From Salisapilia sapeloensis CBS 127946 (lineage: Eukaryota > Protista > Oomycota), in assembly GCA_023334545.1 (NCBI GenBank), contig JAADVB010000166.1, positions 1 through 43,089 of the forward strand: 43,089 nt of DNA, in the 5' to 3' direction. Positions within the stretch are counted from its first letter, which is position 1; each line of letters opens with the position of its first letter. The translations under genes were made by a program, and so were the position numbers. This document shows, piece by piece, positions 20,982 to 31,932 of this stretch. The notes below the pieces were generated by a model. That model was not told the DNA's origin and ran no database searches. It saw only the letters and a program-made list of their open reading frames with translations.

Positions 20982-22475
20982 ATGGCATTCACTCAAACGA
21001 TGTACGCGTTAGTCTTCGTGATGGCATTGGTTATATCGATCGGCAATGCACAAGAAGACCCGTTTGATGAAAAGGCATCAAAACAGATATACGTCGGTGG
21101 AAAAGTGCATTCAGACTTTCACATTGATGCTGAATCCGTTGATGGTACAAATGCGGCCTCCACATCGGAGAATCGTATTCTGGAAGGAAAGTTAGCCAAA
21201 CTGGAGGACTTCCCGTTCATAGTTGGATTCCGTGCTTCACCTACTGGTCCAAGTGGGTGTGTTGGGTCACTTTTGTCGCCCAACATTGTGCTTACCGCTG
21301 CTCATTGCGTGATTGAAGGTGTTTACAGTCAAAACCAACTCATATACATCAATGCGGGAAGTACGCATGGTAGATCTGCGGAAGGGGAGTCCGTAGAGAT
21401 TGAGTCTACTGCTGTTCACCATGCTTTCGACAATCCTCGTCATTTGTGTGACATCGCTCTTGTCAAGCTCATACATGATGTTCGCACTGTTACTACCTTC
21501 GCTGAGATCGATGATAGAGAATATCTACTAGAAGCTACACAAACAGGCTGGGCAGCTGGTTGGGGCCTCGAAGCAGAGGGTTCAATCGTTGGCTCGGACG
21601 AACTTCTAGCTACTAAATTGACCGTCACAGGGCTCGAGCTATGCAGTACATATTATAATCGCCCTATATATACGAAAAATTTCTGCGCTGGTGTCGGCGG
21701 ACCCGATACCTGTCAAGGTGATTCTGGTGGACCTTTCGTGATAAATGGGAAACTGAACGGTATCACCGTTGCTGGAATGAAATGTGGCGACGGTCCTGCC
21801 ATGTACACTGACGTAACTCAATTTCGGTTCTGGATCGAAATAACGAAATCAGCTTTGGAGTACGGAATCTCGAATGCAAGCTTTCCAAATGCAACGATTT
21901 TAAACGTACGAGATGTGCTTTACTGGCTTCCTCTAGAAGATCATAACACAAACCCGTTTGCTGGCGATGATGACTTGGACGACAGCTCCGACGATGATTT
22001 CGATACAAAGCCCGTAACTATTCAGCCAGGAAGCACAAGTACAACAATGCCACCAAATACACCGGGTTACGACGAAGAAACTCCTATCCCTCCGTTCATG
22101 TCAATCGATGATACAAACTCCCCATCCGATCCACCAAGTGAGACAGCATCTCCAGCATCAACTAGTGATACGCCGGACAGTCATGTGCCTACAACGTCTC
22201 CACCGGCTAGTTCTGAATCAAGCCAAACTGATCCTCCGATGACATGGCAGCCTTCGGCGCCAACAGAAACTTCTCCTTCTCCTTTACCATTCAATCACCC
22301 AAGTAAAACGCCGTATCCAGGAGCAAGCGATGATACGTTAGAGGGACAAAGCCCTATCCAACCTCCACCGATGAGCTTTAAACCAAGCAAAACCGGTCCT
22401 CCGACACCATCAAGCACTCCATTTAATAAGGGAGATACTTTCTCGGCACCGACGACGGGCTGGTCTCTGCCTTGA
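20982..22475 (+). CDS. Secreted trypsin-family (S1A) serine protease with acidic linker and Pro/Ser/Thr-rich tail
   Basis: Signal peptide MAFTQTMYALVFVMALVISIGNA; activation site NR|ILEG; intact triad LTAAHC, DIALVKL and GDSGGP; Asp at the S1 pocket (PDTCQGD); mucin-like C-terminal region of about 150 aa. Confidence 0.92.
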   Translation: MAFTQTMYALVFVMALVISIGNAQEDPFDEKASKQIYVGGKVHSDFHIDAESVDGTNAASTSENRILEGKLAKLEDFPFIVGFRASPTGPSGCVGSLLSPNIVLTAAHCVIEGVYSQNQLIYINAGSTHGRSAEGESVEIESTAVHHAFDNPRHLCDIALVKLIHDVRTVTTFAEIDDREYLLEATQTGWAAGWGLEAEGSIVGSDELLATKLTVTGLELCSTYYNRPIYTKNFCAGVGGPDTCQGDSGGPFVINGKLNGITVAGMKCGDGPAMYTDVTQFRFWIEITKSALEYGISNASFPNATILNVRDVLYWLPLEDHNTNPFAGDDDLDDSSDDDFDTKPVTIQPGSTSTTMPPNTPGYDEETPIPPFMSIDDTNSPSDPPSETASPASTSDTPDSHVPTTSPPASSESSQTDPPMTWQPSAPTETSPSPLPFNHPSKTPYPGASDDTLEGQSPIQPPPMSFKPSKTGPPTPSSTPFNKGDTFSAPTTGWSLP

Positions 22476-22961
22476 AAGCTGTAAACGGTGTCCGAGTATC
22501 AAGATAATTTGAATGAAAACAGACCAACATTGAGTACTCAATAAAAATCTTTTGCATCAAATGTGATTTAAGATACATTGTCACATGATTACACATATAG
22601 GTGCGATCTCGACCAGAGAGCGCTTCGATCTCGCAGCGATACACACGTTGCTACATTCTGAACATTGAGCATTCAAGGTAGTCGATTGTATTATGTCGAT
22701 TACTTCAGAAGCACAGCTGTGGCTCTCAATTTCGGTACATCTACTAGACGTGGTCCAAGTGACCAAACTTATAGCTTACATGATAGAGACAGCCTTCAGT
22801 CTTCTATCGGGTGCAGGAAATCATGTTAATACTACTGTTTACTTGGCGTGCACGAGGCCGAAGGGAACCTGGTGCAAGCAAAGGGAAACCTTGCTTGTGT
22901 TTCGACTGGATGGCAAACTTTCATTCCCGATCTTGCCGCTGATATCATAGCTCTAAGTAAG

Positions 22962-23369
22962 ATGAAGACTCCAGCCCGATTTCTCTTTGCTCTGACAACT
23001 ATTGTTGTAATATTTTCAAAAACGGAGGCGGCTGCCTCTGGATACCCAACGCCAAAGCCAGCACCCATGGACGAATCTACCGATTTTCCTGAAAACCCGT
23101 GTGATGTGGAAACTTGCCCGTCCACGGCTTACCCAACATCATCATCAACCATAGAATCAGCCATTCAGCCGACATTAGCATCGAGCGATCATCGCCATGC
23201 AGGCAAAGGTCCTGTCAAGAAATGCTCCAAAGCCAAGAAAGACGATGTACCACATCCGACGCCTCAAGCTACTTTCGATACCAAATCATTTAAGAGACCT
23301 CTTCGCAAGACTATTGCACACGAATCGGCAACTGAGCTACCTCCAACGCGTTCTTCACCAGCCTCTTAA
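22962..23369 (+). CDS. Small secreted Pro/Thr/Ser-rich protein (135 aa)
   Basis: ATG 22962 inside ORF 22848-23369. Signal peptide MKTPARFLFALTTIVVIFSKTEA, then a low-complexity mature region with 3 Cys. No family recognised. Confidence 0.65.
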   Translation: MKTPARFLFALTTIVVIFSKTEAAASGYPTPKPAPMDESTDFPENPCDVETCPSTAYPTSSSTIESAIQPTLASSDHRHAGKGPVKKCSKAKKDDVPHPTPQATFDTKSFKRPLRKTIAHESATELPPTRSSPAS

Positions 23370-23613
23370 GCTGCATACGACTCATCTTATTTAGCATAGC
23401 ACAAATATACATTTGATTCGCTCCTACCTATACTTCAGCTATACACCTGATACCGTGCAGAGTCAGTACGGAGCTCGAAAAGCGGTCATCTAGGTCGCCC
23501 ATCGCAGTCGCCTAATTTTTTCACCATTGAGAAATTTGGGACGTTCTTCGCCTAAGAAGCGAGGAGAGCAGGTCCTTTGCATAGAATCTGCGTTTGCGTA
23601 GAAAGACGTAGCC

Positions 23614-26600
23614 ATGGACATTGGCACGGAAGTATGGGTCAAAAGCGAGGAGCTCGTGTGGGCTGCTGGCGTCATCATCGATTGCCAAGCAGCGAACGCC
23701 ACGGGGGATGTGCAAGTCCAGCTTGACTCGGGCGAAATCGTCACGCGTACACCTCTTGCTCTCTTATCCTCTTACGATGCAATTCACTCACTGGCTTGCA
23801 TGCATCAGGTATTTACACTGCTGAAGAAGATGAGGAAGCTGCGAATGAAGTCCATCTACGCAATTCGACGCACGACTTTATCGATGCTGCATCTCTCACA
23901 GGCCTAGAGTACTTGCATGAACCAGCTCTTTTACAGGCATTGCAAGACCGGTTTCAAAAGGACCGCATCTACACTTCCATTGGCGATATCTTACTCTCCG
24001 TGAATCCAATGAAGCCGCTGAATCTTTATAATGACGCTGAAGTGGAAAAGTATAAAGCGCAGATTCAGCTCAGTAAAGACCTTGCAGATCGACGGACGAA
24101 TGACTCGACGTCCCTCCCACCTCATGTCTTCACCATTGGTGCAAGAGCTTTTGGTGGATTAATGCGAGATGGCGGGAGAAATCAGTCGATTCTAGTGAGT
24201 GGAGAAAGTGGATCTGGTAAGACAGAATCGACAAAGTTCCTCATGCAGTTCCTTACGTCCGTCGCCCACCAATCGACAACGGCTGGCCCGACTGCGATCG
24301 GCATCGGTCAGCGCATCTTACAGACGAATCCAATCCTCGAATCTTTCGGGAACGCTCAAACCGTTCGGAATGATAATAGTAGTCGCTTCGGGAAGTTTAT
24401 TCGTATTCAATTTAATCGCAATTGCCAGATCGTCGGTGCCGAACTAGTGTCGTACTTGCTTGAAAAAGTGCGTCTACTGCATCAAGGTCCAAAGGAGCGC
24501 AACTTTCACATCTTCTATGAGCTCCTGGAAGGCGCAAGTATGGAACAGTTAGAAGAGATGGGTTTGGAGCAAGGGCATCGCTATGCGTTGTTAAACACGT
24601 ACGGTAGTCAGCAACAGGATAAGAAGGTACAGGCGTTGAATCGAGAGTATGCTGCACGTTTCCAGCAGACACTGCAAGCATTCAAAGACACTGGTGTCGA
24701 AAAGGAGCAAGTAGATGCCATTCTAGAAGTCTTAGCTGCTTTACTACATCTAGGAAACGTTGATTTTGACATTGATCCGCAAGGAGATGTAGATAATCGA
24801 GTAGAGGATGCCGCGATGGTGACAGAAGAGAGTACATTCCACCTTCAGATGTGTGCAGACTTGCTCGGCGTCGATTTGGAAGCGCTGGAGAAAGTCTTGC
24901 TGACTCGTGTCATCACCGCCGGTAAGGACGTCGTCGGCATGCGACTGAGTATAACGCAGGCCACCGACGTACGCAGGTCACTTGCGAAAGCAGTGTACGG
25001 TCGTCTATTCTCATGGCTCGTGCGCCGTTTGAGTGACGGCACAAACTACTTTGAGTCTGACAGTGCATCCGAAGATGAAGACGACATTCATACGATTGGT
25101 ATCCTCGACATCTTTGGTTTCGAAACAGTGGACAAGAATGGATTTGAACAGCTCTGTATCAACTATGCGAATGAACGCTTGCAGGCGCAATTTAACGAGT
25201 TTGTCTTTATTAAGGAGCAGGAAGTTTATACGTCGGAAGGGATCGACTGGCGATCGATCGCGTATCCGAGTAACGAGGCTTGTATCTCGTTCTTTGACGA
25301 CAAAACCAATGGGTTGTTCTCGTTACTGGATCAAGAGTGTTTAATGCCGAAAGGTAGTAACCAAGCGCTCTTCACGAAACTCCAGCGGTACTATGGTGAC
25401 GACGATGCGTCCAGCAAGTATGCTGTACCGACATTCATGCCTACTTTTGGCCGCCAACAACCGGCAAAATCCGAGAAGACACAAAAGAGCAGCAAGAACG
25501 TGTTCTCAGCTTCGAGGATGGATCGAGCTAAGAACCAGTTTGTCGTCCACCACTTTGCAGGACGCGTCACGTATCGTGTGGACCAGTTTCTCGAAAAGAA
25601 TCAGGACGCTTTTCCCACAGAAGCAGGCGACTTATTGCGTGTGTCTTCTAAAGACCTCGTCAGTGCCATCTCAAGTGTCCATTTGGACTTTGATCAGCCG
25701 GAGACGCAAGGTCGACGACGTCGAAACTCTGTTCTTCGGTCACCAAGCGTGTCCATGGAATTCAAAGTGCAGCTGGACCAGCTCATCGCGGAGATTGGAC
25801 GGACGGAAGCGCACTATGTACGATGCCTGAAGCCGAATGAAGAGAAATCAGCAGCAAAATTCGATCGTATCCGGATGGTAGAGCAACTACGTTCCGTCGG
25901 AGTGCTGGAAGCCTTGCGGATTGCCAGAGCCGGATATTCTGTCCGTCTGAATCATGCAAACTTCCTCGATCTCTTTTCTTGTTTCCAAATGATTCTAGGA
26001 GAACGCACCGAAGGTATGACGGATAAAGAGATGTGTCAAAAGCTCGTGGATCTACTTGTGGAAGAGGTGCAGCAAAGTCTCGAGACGGAAGGTCACGAAG
26101 GTCACAATAGGTCAGACCAGATCCACGTGACCGACGTCCAAGTCGGTCGGACGATGGTCTTTTGCCGAACATCTGCGTTTAATCACTTCTCCCAGCTACG
26201 TCTCGAGCTGCGTGACCGATCGGCTTCGACGATGCAACGTCGCGTGCGTGTGTATCTCCAGCAGAAGCGATATCAACGGCAGATTCAGTGTGTTGTGGAA
26301 ATTCAGAGGATAGTCAGGGGGTACTTGAGTAAGAAAGCTCTTTGTAAATTAAGACAAGAGCGACGGGAAGAAGCTGCAGGGCAGATCCGATGGGCATGGA
26401 AACGTCGAATGGTTGCTATGCGTGTACAAGATCGAGTTGTAGCCAAGCAACGGTTGAAGACAGCATTCCGAGCGTTTTGTCGTGGATACAAAGAACTACA
26501 GTCGGAACGACTGGAAGAAGAACGACTGGAACGAGAGAGAAAGGAGGAGGAAGCTCGTCTGAAAAAAGAGGAAGAGGAACGTCTGGAACGAGAGAGGAAG

Positions 26601-28007
26601 GAGGAGGAAACTCATCTTCAATGGGAAAAAGAGGAGCAGGAGAGAAGAGAGATGGAGGAAGCTCGTGTCCGGGAAGAAGAGGAAAAGAGGAACGAAGAGG
26701 AACGAGTTCAAGAAGAGGAGCGTGTCCGAGAGGAAGTGGCTTGTATGGAAAAGGAGAACGTTGTACATGACGAAAACGAGGCTGCTGTAGTCGAAGAGGA
26801 GACTACCGATAGTGTGGATAGTGCAAATACGAGTGGACAGAGTCTGCGTGTTGATACAGTCAACTGTGCCTCAAGTAAGCAGGACGATGGACTCCAGACA
26901 CCTGAGTCATTGACTGTCAGACCAGACCACACGACTGTATCTCCCGTGGATAAAGATCAACAGCATGCAGAGGAAGGAGACGTGGACTCCGAGACTGGCA
27001 GCAACCAGTCTCGTCGTCGTAAGCATGGCAAGAGGAAGAAAAAGACGAAGAAAGCGTCTGCTCTAGAAGAACAGAACAGACGCATGGAAGCAGAGATCTT
27101 AAGACTCCAGTCCATGCTGAAGCAAAACAACGACGTGCAGTCAGACGGTAATGGAGATGCGCCAAAACTACAACACCGACGCAGTCAGAGTATCGATGGT
27201 CCGATGATTTCTCTCGATGAAACGTCAGAGGATATGATGCCAGATCTACGACGCTCAAGGACTGCCAACGCACCGCACTCGGACAAGAGCACTCGACGGT
27301 TGCGACGACAGATTGAGGAACTAGAGCTCAAGTGTCGTGCGTTGGAGCAAAAGATTACCAGCTCCGGACAACAGTCCGTACCTTCGAGCAACGGATCAAG
27401 CAACGCATCTGGTGGTAACACTGAAGCTGCTCTCCTGCGCAACATCCAGCATCAAATGGATATGCTGCGCCAGTCACTAGCAGCGAAAGAAGCCGGGGAC
27501 GTGCGATCAGTCGGTAGCGGTAGTCGTCGTGGCCGAACAGGGTCCTCGGCATCGTCCACTGGCATCTACGGAATGGTTCCTCCGTCTCCTGCGAGCGCGT
27601 CCATGTCTGGTTATGGCAATCACATGTACGGGTACCCCGAGTCGATCGGATCTTTTGGTAGCGGTTACTCGTTTGCTAGTCAAGGCATGCCTCGTGTCGT
27701 GAAGTGGGCGAGGAGTACGCACTGCTTTGAGTGTGAAGAGCCATTCAACTTGTTCGTGCGTCGACACCACTGTCGTCTGTGTGGCAATAGCTTTTGCCAT
27801 GAACATTCGAATCGGCGGGTGACGGTCTATGGCATCGGATCGGACGATGAACCTGTGCGCGTGTGTGACCCGTGCTTTGCGGAACACCAAAGTAGATATA
27901 TGAGCGAGTACTCTCATGTGCGTGAGAGCAAGTCTCCCACGGCGTCTACTTATTCGCAGTTGGAACGGATCGTGTCGATGGATTTCTCGGACGACATGGA
28001 TAGATAA
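23614..28007 (+). CDS. Myosin with N-terminal SH3-like segment, IQ motifs, charged helical neck and C-terminal FYVE domain (oomycete type)
   Basis: Exon 1 is 23614-23746 (VWVK...WAAG), intron 23747-23808. P-loop GESGSGKT, switch I NDNSSRFGK, switch II DIFGFE, HYVRCLKPN. IQ-like MQRRVRVY and IQRIVRGY. FYVE: WARSTHCFECEEPFNLFVRRHHCRLCGNSFC...RVCDPCF. Confidence 0.95.
26520..26617 (+). repeat. Imperfect 57-bp (19-aa) tandem duplication in the myosin neck
   Basis: GAACGACTGGAACGAGAGAGAAAGGAGGAGGAAGCTCGTCT at 26520 and GAACGTCTGGAACGAGAGAGGAAGGAGGAGGAAACTCATCT at 26577, encoding ERLERERKEEE. Confidence 0.85.
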
Positions 28008-28088
28008 GGATGTGGATAGGAAGAGTGTTCAAGGGAACTTTCAAGATCAAGTAGGGAAGAATAAATTCGAATCAAAATGAATGAATCG

Positions 28089-28769
28089 TTACAAGGTAGA
28101 CGCGAGGTCGTTGAGGAAGGCAGTTGCTCTGTCAGCAGTCTCCGACTCTTGTTTGGAGTCATCTTCGTGACTATCACTTACAGACGGGACAGGCTTGTCG
28201 CTGCTTGATGGGGTTTCGGCAGGCGGATTAGCTTCCAGAGAAGCTCGATGCTCATCGCTATCAACTTGTACGGTTCTGGTCCGACCAAACTCGTCGATGA
28301 TGTCGACTGTGTCCACTAGATTTGTATCTCGCTTCCGAGCAAAATCGACGAGGTAGTTGCTATTGGCACTAGCGCTTCCCTGCATCATTCGGTCGTACAA
28401 TCTGCTCTTTCGCTCGAGTGCTTCCTTGGATTTTCGATGCCAATCGGCATCTGTCGTCGGTTGTTCGGCCCGAGCAGCTTCGTCCTTGTGCATACGCTTT
28501 TCGACATTTTTATTACGCTTCGTTCGCTTGCCTCCATCGATCGGATCCTTTGCTTTGCGCTTCCGAGCGACTTTCTTCGCATATTTTCCACGACGACCGC
28601 TGGTCGGCTTACTCGATGCGAAATCGTCTTCGAGTGTGCCTTCTTCTCGCAGCTTTTCCTGCCGACTGAAGACTGCTGCACTAAGACCTACGAGAGACTT
28701 ACCACCGACCTTGACATTCTTTCCTTTGGACGGCACGAGCGCGCTTTCGGTGAGGAAGCCGAGCGACAT
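28089..28769 (-). CDS. CCDC174: CCDC174-like (DUF4078-type) protein
   Basis: MSLGFLTESALVP...SLVGLSAAVFSRQEK, NKNVEKRMHKD, SKEALERKSRLYDRMMQG, YLVDF, VDIIDEFGRTRTV. This is the motif order of the CCDC174 family. Confidence 0.75.
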   Translation of the reverse strand: MSLGFLTESALVPSKGKNVKVGGKSLVGLSAAVFSRQEKLREEGTLEDDFASSKPTSGRRGKYAKKVARKRKAKDPIDGGKRTKRNKNVEKRMHKDEAARAEQPTTDADWHRKSKEALERKSRLYDRMMQGSASANSNYLVDFARKRDTNLVDTVDIIDEFGRTRTVQVDSDEHRASLEANPPAETPSSSDKPVPSVSDSHEDDSKQESETADRATAFLNDLASTL

Positions 28770-29410
28770 TTGCAAGTCTGCGATATATATTATTGTGGAT
28801 GGACAAGAACATTTGTGGATCCTACAGAGCAGTTTCGATCGCCAGTCTTGATGGAGCTCCGTATCGATAGCTGCCTGTCGTGTCTCGTCGACAGCATAAA
28901 AATAGAAGTAGAAGATAGCTAGCAGAACATCATGCGTAGATTAGCGACCGACGCACAGCACGTCTGCATGACCTACCGCCTAGGATCGCACCATGTGCGA
29001 CATAACGTAATGTCTGCCGCACTATGCGATGATTTCGATACAAATTGTCTCTATGTACAAATCCTTTGCAAAGATTCGGGAGAGGCGCTACTACCAACTG
29101 CGATCCTGCCCGACGCTTCAAACCACAATCGCTTGCAGTATTAGTTTCGTCGTATCGGGTCGAGGACCTCGTAGCCCGAGCGCGTACATTTATCGAAGCC
29201 GTACTTGCGTCCAGTATACTCTGGCTATTTTACACCACCTGTTCCCCTGTCGTCGAGCCGGTAACATCACAACGCGGAAGCAGTCGAGAACGCGAGCTGA
29301 CCTGACACAAGCGAGTCCAGCGCGTCGACTCTTCCTACCCTCCTTGCTCCGCCCATCCGAAAGACAATACTGGGCGTCAAGAAATAGTTTACAAATACAA
29401 TATCCAAAGT

Positions 29411-31843
29411 ATGCCAGAATACGACCGGCAGCAATTCACCCTGCTTTCGGCCGCCGACGCCGAGGCCTTGAGAAATCGAGAAGGCCGACAAGCATCCGTA
29501 TCCTCTGCTCGGGTCCCGTCCTACGCCATGCGCCCTTCACAAACGGTCTTTGGCCGCGAGAGCAACGGAGATGACGCGTCCGAAGTCGCATCCTCCGTCC
29601 TCGATGGCAGCATCAATAGCAGCATTGCACCCACGGCGCGAACTAGACTTTCGGTTTCCCCCGATGGAACTGCGCCCACGGAAGACCGCTTTGAAACCGA
29701 TTGGGAAGGATACGTCTGGAAGCAAGGACATGTCGTTCGCTCTTGGCGGTATCGTTACGCCATCCTCTCTGGGACATTCTTTAGTTACTACGTGTCCAAG
29801 GAGGTTGCCATGGTTGACACGGAAAAGTACCGTGGCAGAGTCACTGTGACGGGAGCTCGACGCGACGAGCAGCGTCCGAGCGGCGTTCTACTCACAACAA
29901 CGATCGACAAAGTCTTTTCGGTTCAGGCGCGTACGCCGATCGAAGCCGAGATCTGGGTCCGCATGGTCCAAATGGCTGTGCAAGCATCTGGCGGACGGAA
30001 AGCTCCCGAAAGCATGGGCGCAACCGGCGCAACGAACGTCTTGAGCGGCAGTGATAACGCCACGAGAGACTCGGACCAGAGTCTGCCGTCGCAGATGAAC
30101 GCCATGGCATTATGCAGTACTGGCAGCTTAGTCTCGACGCCCGTGCGATCGTCTGGCGACTGGAAGACACGCAACCTGAATACTGTCAAGAACTTTTATA
30201 GCATCTGGGCGTCCCAATTCCTCGAACGCAGAGGTCCGGACGAGATCGCTGCGAACTTTATGACGCTCTTCCCATTGTGCTCGCCTGACATGGTCCTCAC
30301 GGTGCGATATCCGTGCGAGTTCCTTCCGTCGTCAGTCTTCCACGGCCGAGAAGGTATGGTCGATGTCGTCCTAAGTCTGTTGCGTTTCGTTCGCTTCCGT
30401 AAATTCCAAGTCTCTCGCTACCTCAGCACGAAGCACCCGAACGTCTTACAGGTACTTGCCACCGGAAAGCTTTGGAACAATGCGTTGCAAGAAGAATTTG
30501 TGTTTAATACGCGCGACGAATTGACGCTAAGTCCCGGCGGACGAGTGCTCAGTATGCAGATGCAGATCGACGTAGACTTTGCCGCATTCCAGTTGAGTGA
30601 AAGCGAGAAGAAGGCGATTAAAAACGACCGTGCGTTCCAAGCATCGACGTCCAAGCGTGTGCTAAGTTTATCCATCCAACACTTCCACGTGACAAGAGTG
30701 CTCGGCAAAGGCACGTTTGGAACAGTCGTATTGGCCGAGAGACGTAACACGGCCGAAGTGTTTGCACTCAAGATCTTGGAGAAAGGATCCATGTCCAACT
30801 ACGACAAACTCCGGACGAAGACTGAGATGAAGATCCTGCGTGACCTCCATCATCCGTTTATTGCTCCCTTAAAATTCGCTTTCCAAAGCCCATCTAGAGT
30901 CTTCCTAGGCATGGAGTACTACCCTGGCGGTAGTCTCTACACTCACATGAACAAGTTTTCGAACGACAAGGAGCATCGAGTGAAGATCGCTCTCGACATT
31001 GAACGCGTACGCTTCTACACTGCGCAGATCGTACTCGCTCTCTGCCACTTACACGCATGCGACATCGTCTATCGTGACTTGAAACCAGATAACATCATGA
31101 TCGACTACGAAGGCAACATTGCTCTCGTCGACTTTGGTCTCTCCAAGACCAGTGTCGGGCAGATGACAGGCGCACGTACGATGGCTGGGTCTCCTGCATA
31201 CACTGCACCCGAGCTGTTGAAACCCAAGAGGTCTCGAGACTATGGCAAAGCCGTCGATTGGTGGTGCCTCGGCATCCTCATCTACGAGATGCTCCTGGCA
31301 AAACGTCCATTTCATCATTTGAATGTGTCGGTATTGTACAAATTGATTGAAAAGGATCCGGTCAAGTTCCCGAGCAAATGCGGCATCCCGTCCGAGGCAC
31401 GGCATTTGATCCTCGGGTTGTTGGAGAAAGACCCCAACAAGCGTCTTGGCGCAAAACACGCGAGCGACTTGCTTACCCATCCGTTCTTCAAGGACGTCAA
31501 GTGGGATCAAGTGCTCAAGAAGAAGTTGACACCGCCATGGACACCTCAGATCCTTTCGATTGAAGAGGAACGCTTGAAGGCACCTGAAGTCAATTATGAC
31601 AAGTACCTTGCGTCGAACACGTACTCTGCTGGTAGTTTCTTCACAATGCTGTTTCCATGGAAGAACCCGTACAATGCTCGTGGTCGGAGGAAAATGGAAC
31701 GTGATGCGGACGGATTTGACAAGTTTAGTTACGTGAGTGACACGACGAATTCATTTTTGGTGGATGAAGATGAGATGCTTGATTCTGCTTTCACTGGAAG
31801 AAGATCCATTCAAATGCAGACGCTGACGGGGGAAGCGACATAG
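29411..31843 (+). CDS. AGC-family Ser/Thr kinase (Akt/SGK-like) with N-terminal PH domain and a central SnoaL/NTF2-like domain
   Basis: PH: EGYVWKQGHVVRSWRYRY...EAEIWVRMV. Kinase: LGKGTFGTV, FALK, YRDLKPDN, DFG, GSPAYTAPE, DWWCLG. AGC hydrophobic motif FDKFSY. The middle domain NLNTVKNFY...PDMVL...FHGREGMVD...VLATGK...TLSPGGRV resembles a SnoaL-like fold. Confidence 0.9.
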   Translation: MPEYDRQQFTLLSAADAEALRNREGRQASVSSARVPSYAMRPSQTVFGRESNGDDASEVASSVLDGSINSSIAPTARTRLSVSPDGTAPTEDRFETDWEGYVWKQGHVVRSWRYRYAILSGTFFSYYVSKEVAMVDTEKYRGRVTVTGARRDEQRPSGVLLTTTIDKVFSVQARTPIEAEIWVRMVQMAVQASGGRKAPESMGATGATNVLSGSDNATRDSDQSLPSQMNAMALCSTGSLVSTPVRSSGDWKTRNLNTVKNFYSIWASQFLERRGPDEIAANFMTLFPLCSPDMVLTVRYPCEFLPSSVFHGREGMVDVVLSLLRFVRFRKFQVSRYLSTKHPNVLQVLATGKLWNNALQEEFVFNTRDELTLSPGGRVLSMQMQIDVDFAAFQLSESEKKAIKNDRAFQASTSKRVLSLSIQHFHVTRVLGKGTFGTVVLAERRNTAEVFALKILEKGSMSNYDKLRTKTEMKILRDLHHPFIAPLKFAFQSPSRVFLGMEYYPGGSLYTHMNKFSNDKEHRVKIALDIERVRFYTAQIVLALCHLHACDIVYRDLKPDNIMIDYEGNIALVDFGLSKTSVGQMTGARTMAGSPAYTAPELLKPKRSRDYGKAVDWWCLGILIYEMLLAKRPFHHLNVSVLYKLIEKDPVKFPSKCGIPSEARHLILGLLEKDPNKRLGAKHASDLLTHPFFKDVKWDQVLKKKLTPPWTPQILSIEEERLKAPEVNYDKYLASNTYSAGSFFTMLFPWKNPYNARGRRKMERDADGFDKFSYVSDTTNSFLVDEDEMLDSAFTGRRSIQMQTLTGEAT

Positions 31844-31932
31844 TGATTTACACTGCGATTGCACATTTTACTTTGCATGTCTTTCAATTCAATTTCTTTT
31901 GATAAAATGCAACATGCTTTGACTTTTACATC

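Noticed and set aside
20982-22475. Glucanase inhibitor protein (inactive trypsin homologue)
   Set aside because: The His, Asp and Ser of the catalytic triad are all intact.
23295-23306. RxLR motif (RPLR) in the small secreted protein
   Set aside because: It lies about 110 aa from the start, near the C-terminus, with no dEER and no effector domain after it; probably chance.
2089-28007. Vezatin and myosin as a linked partner pair
   Set aside because: They are about 20 kb and eight genes apart with no shared elements seen.
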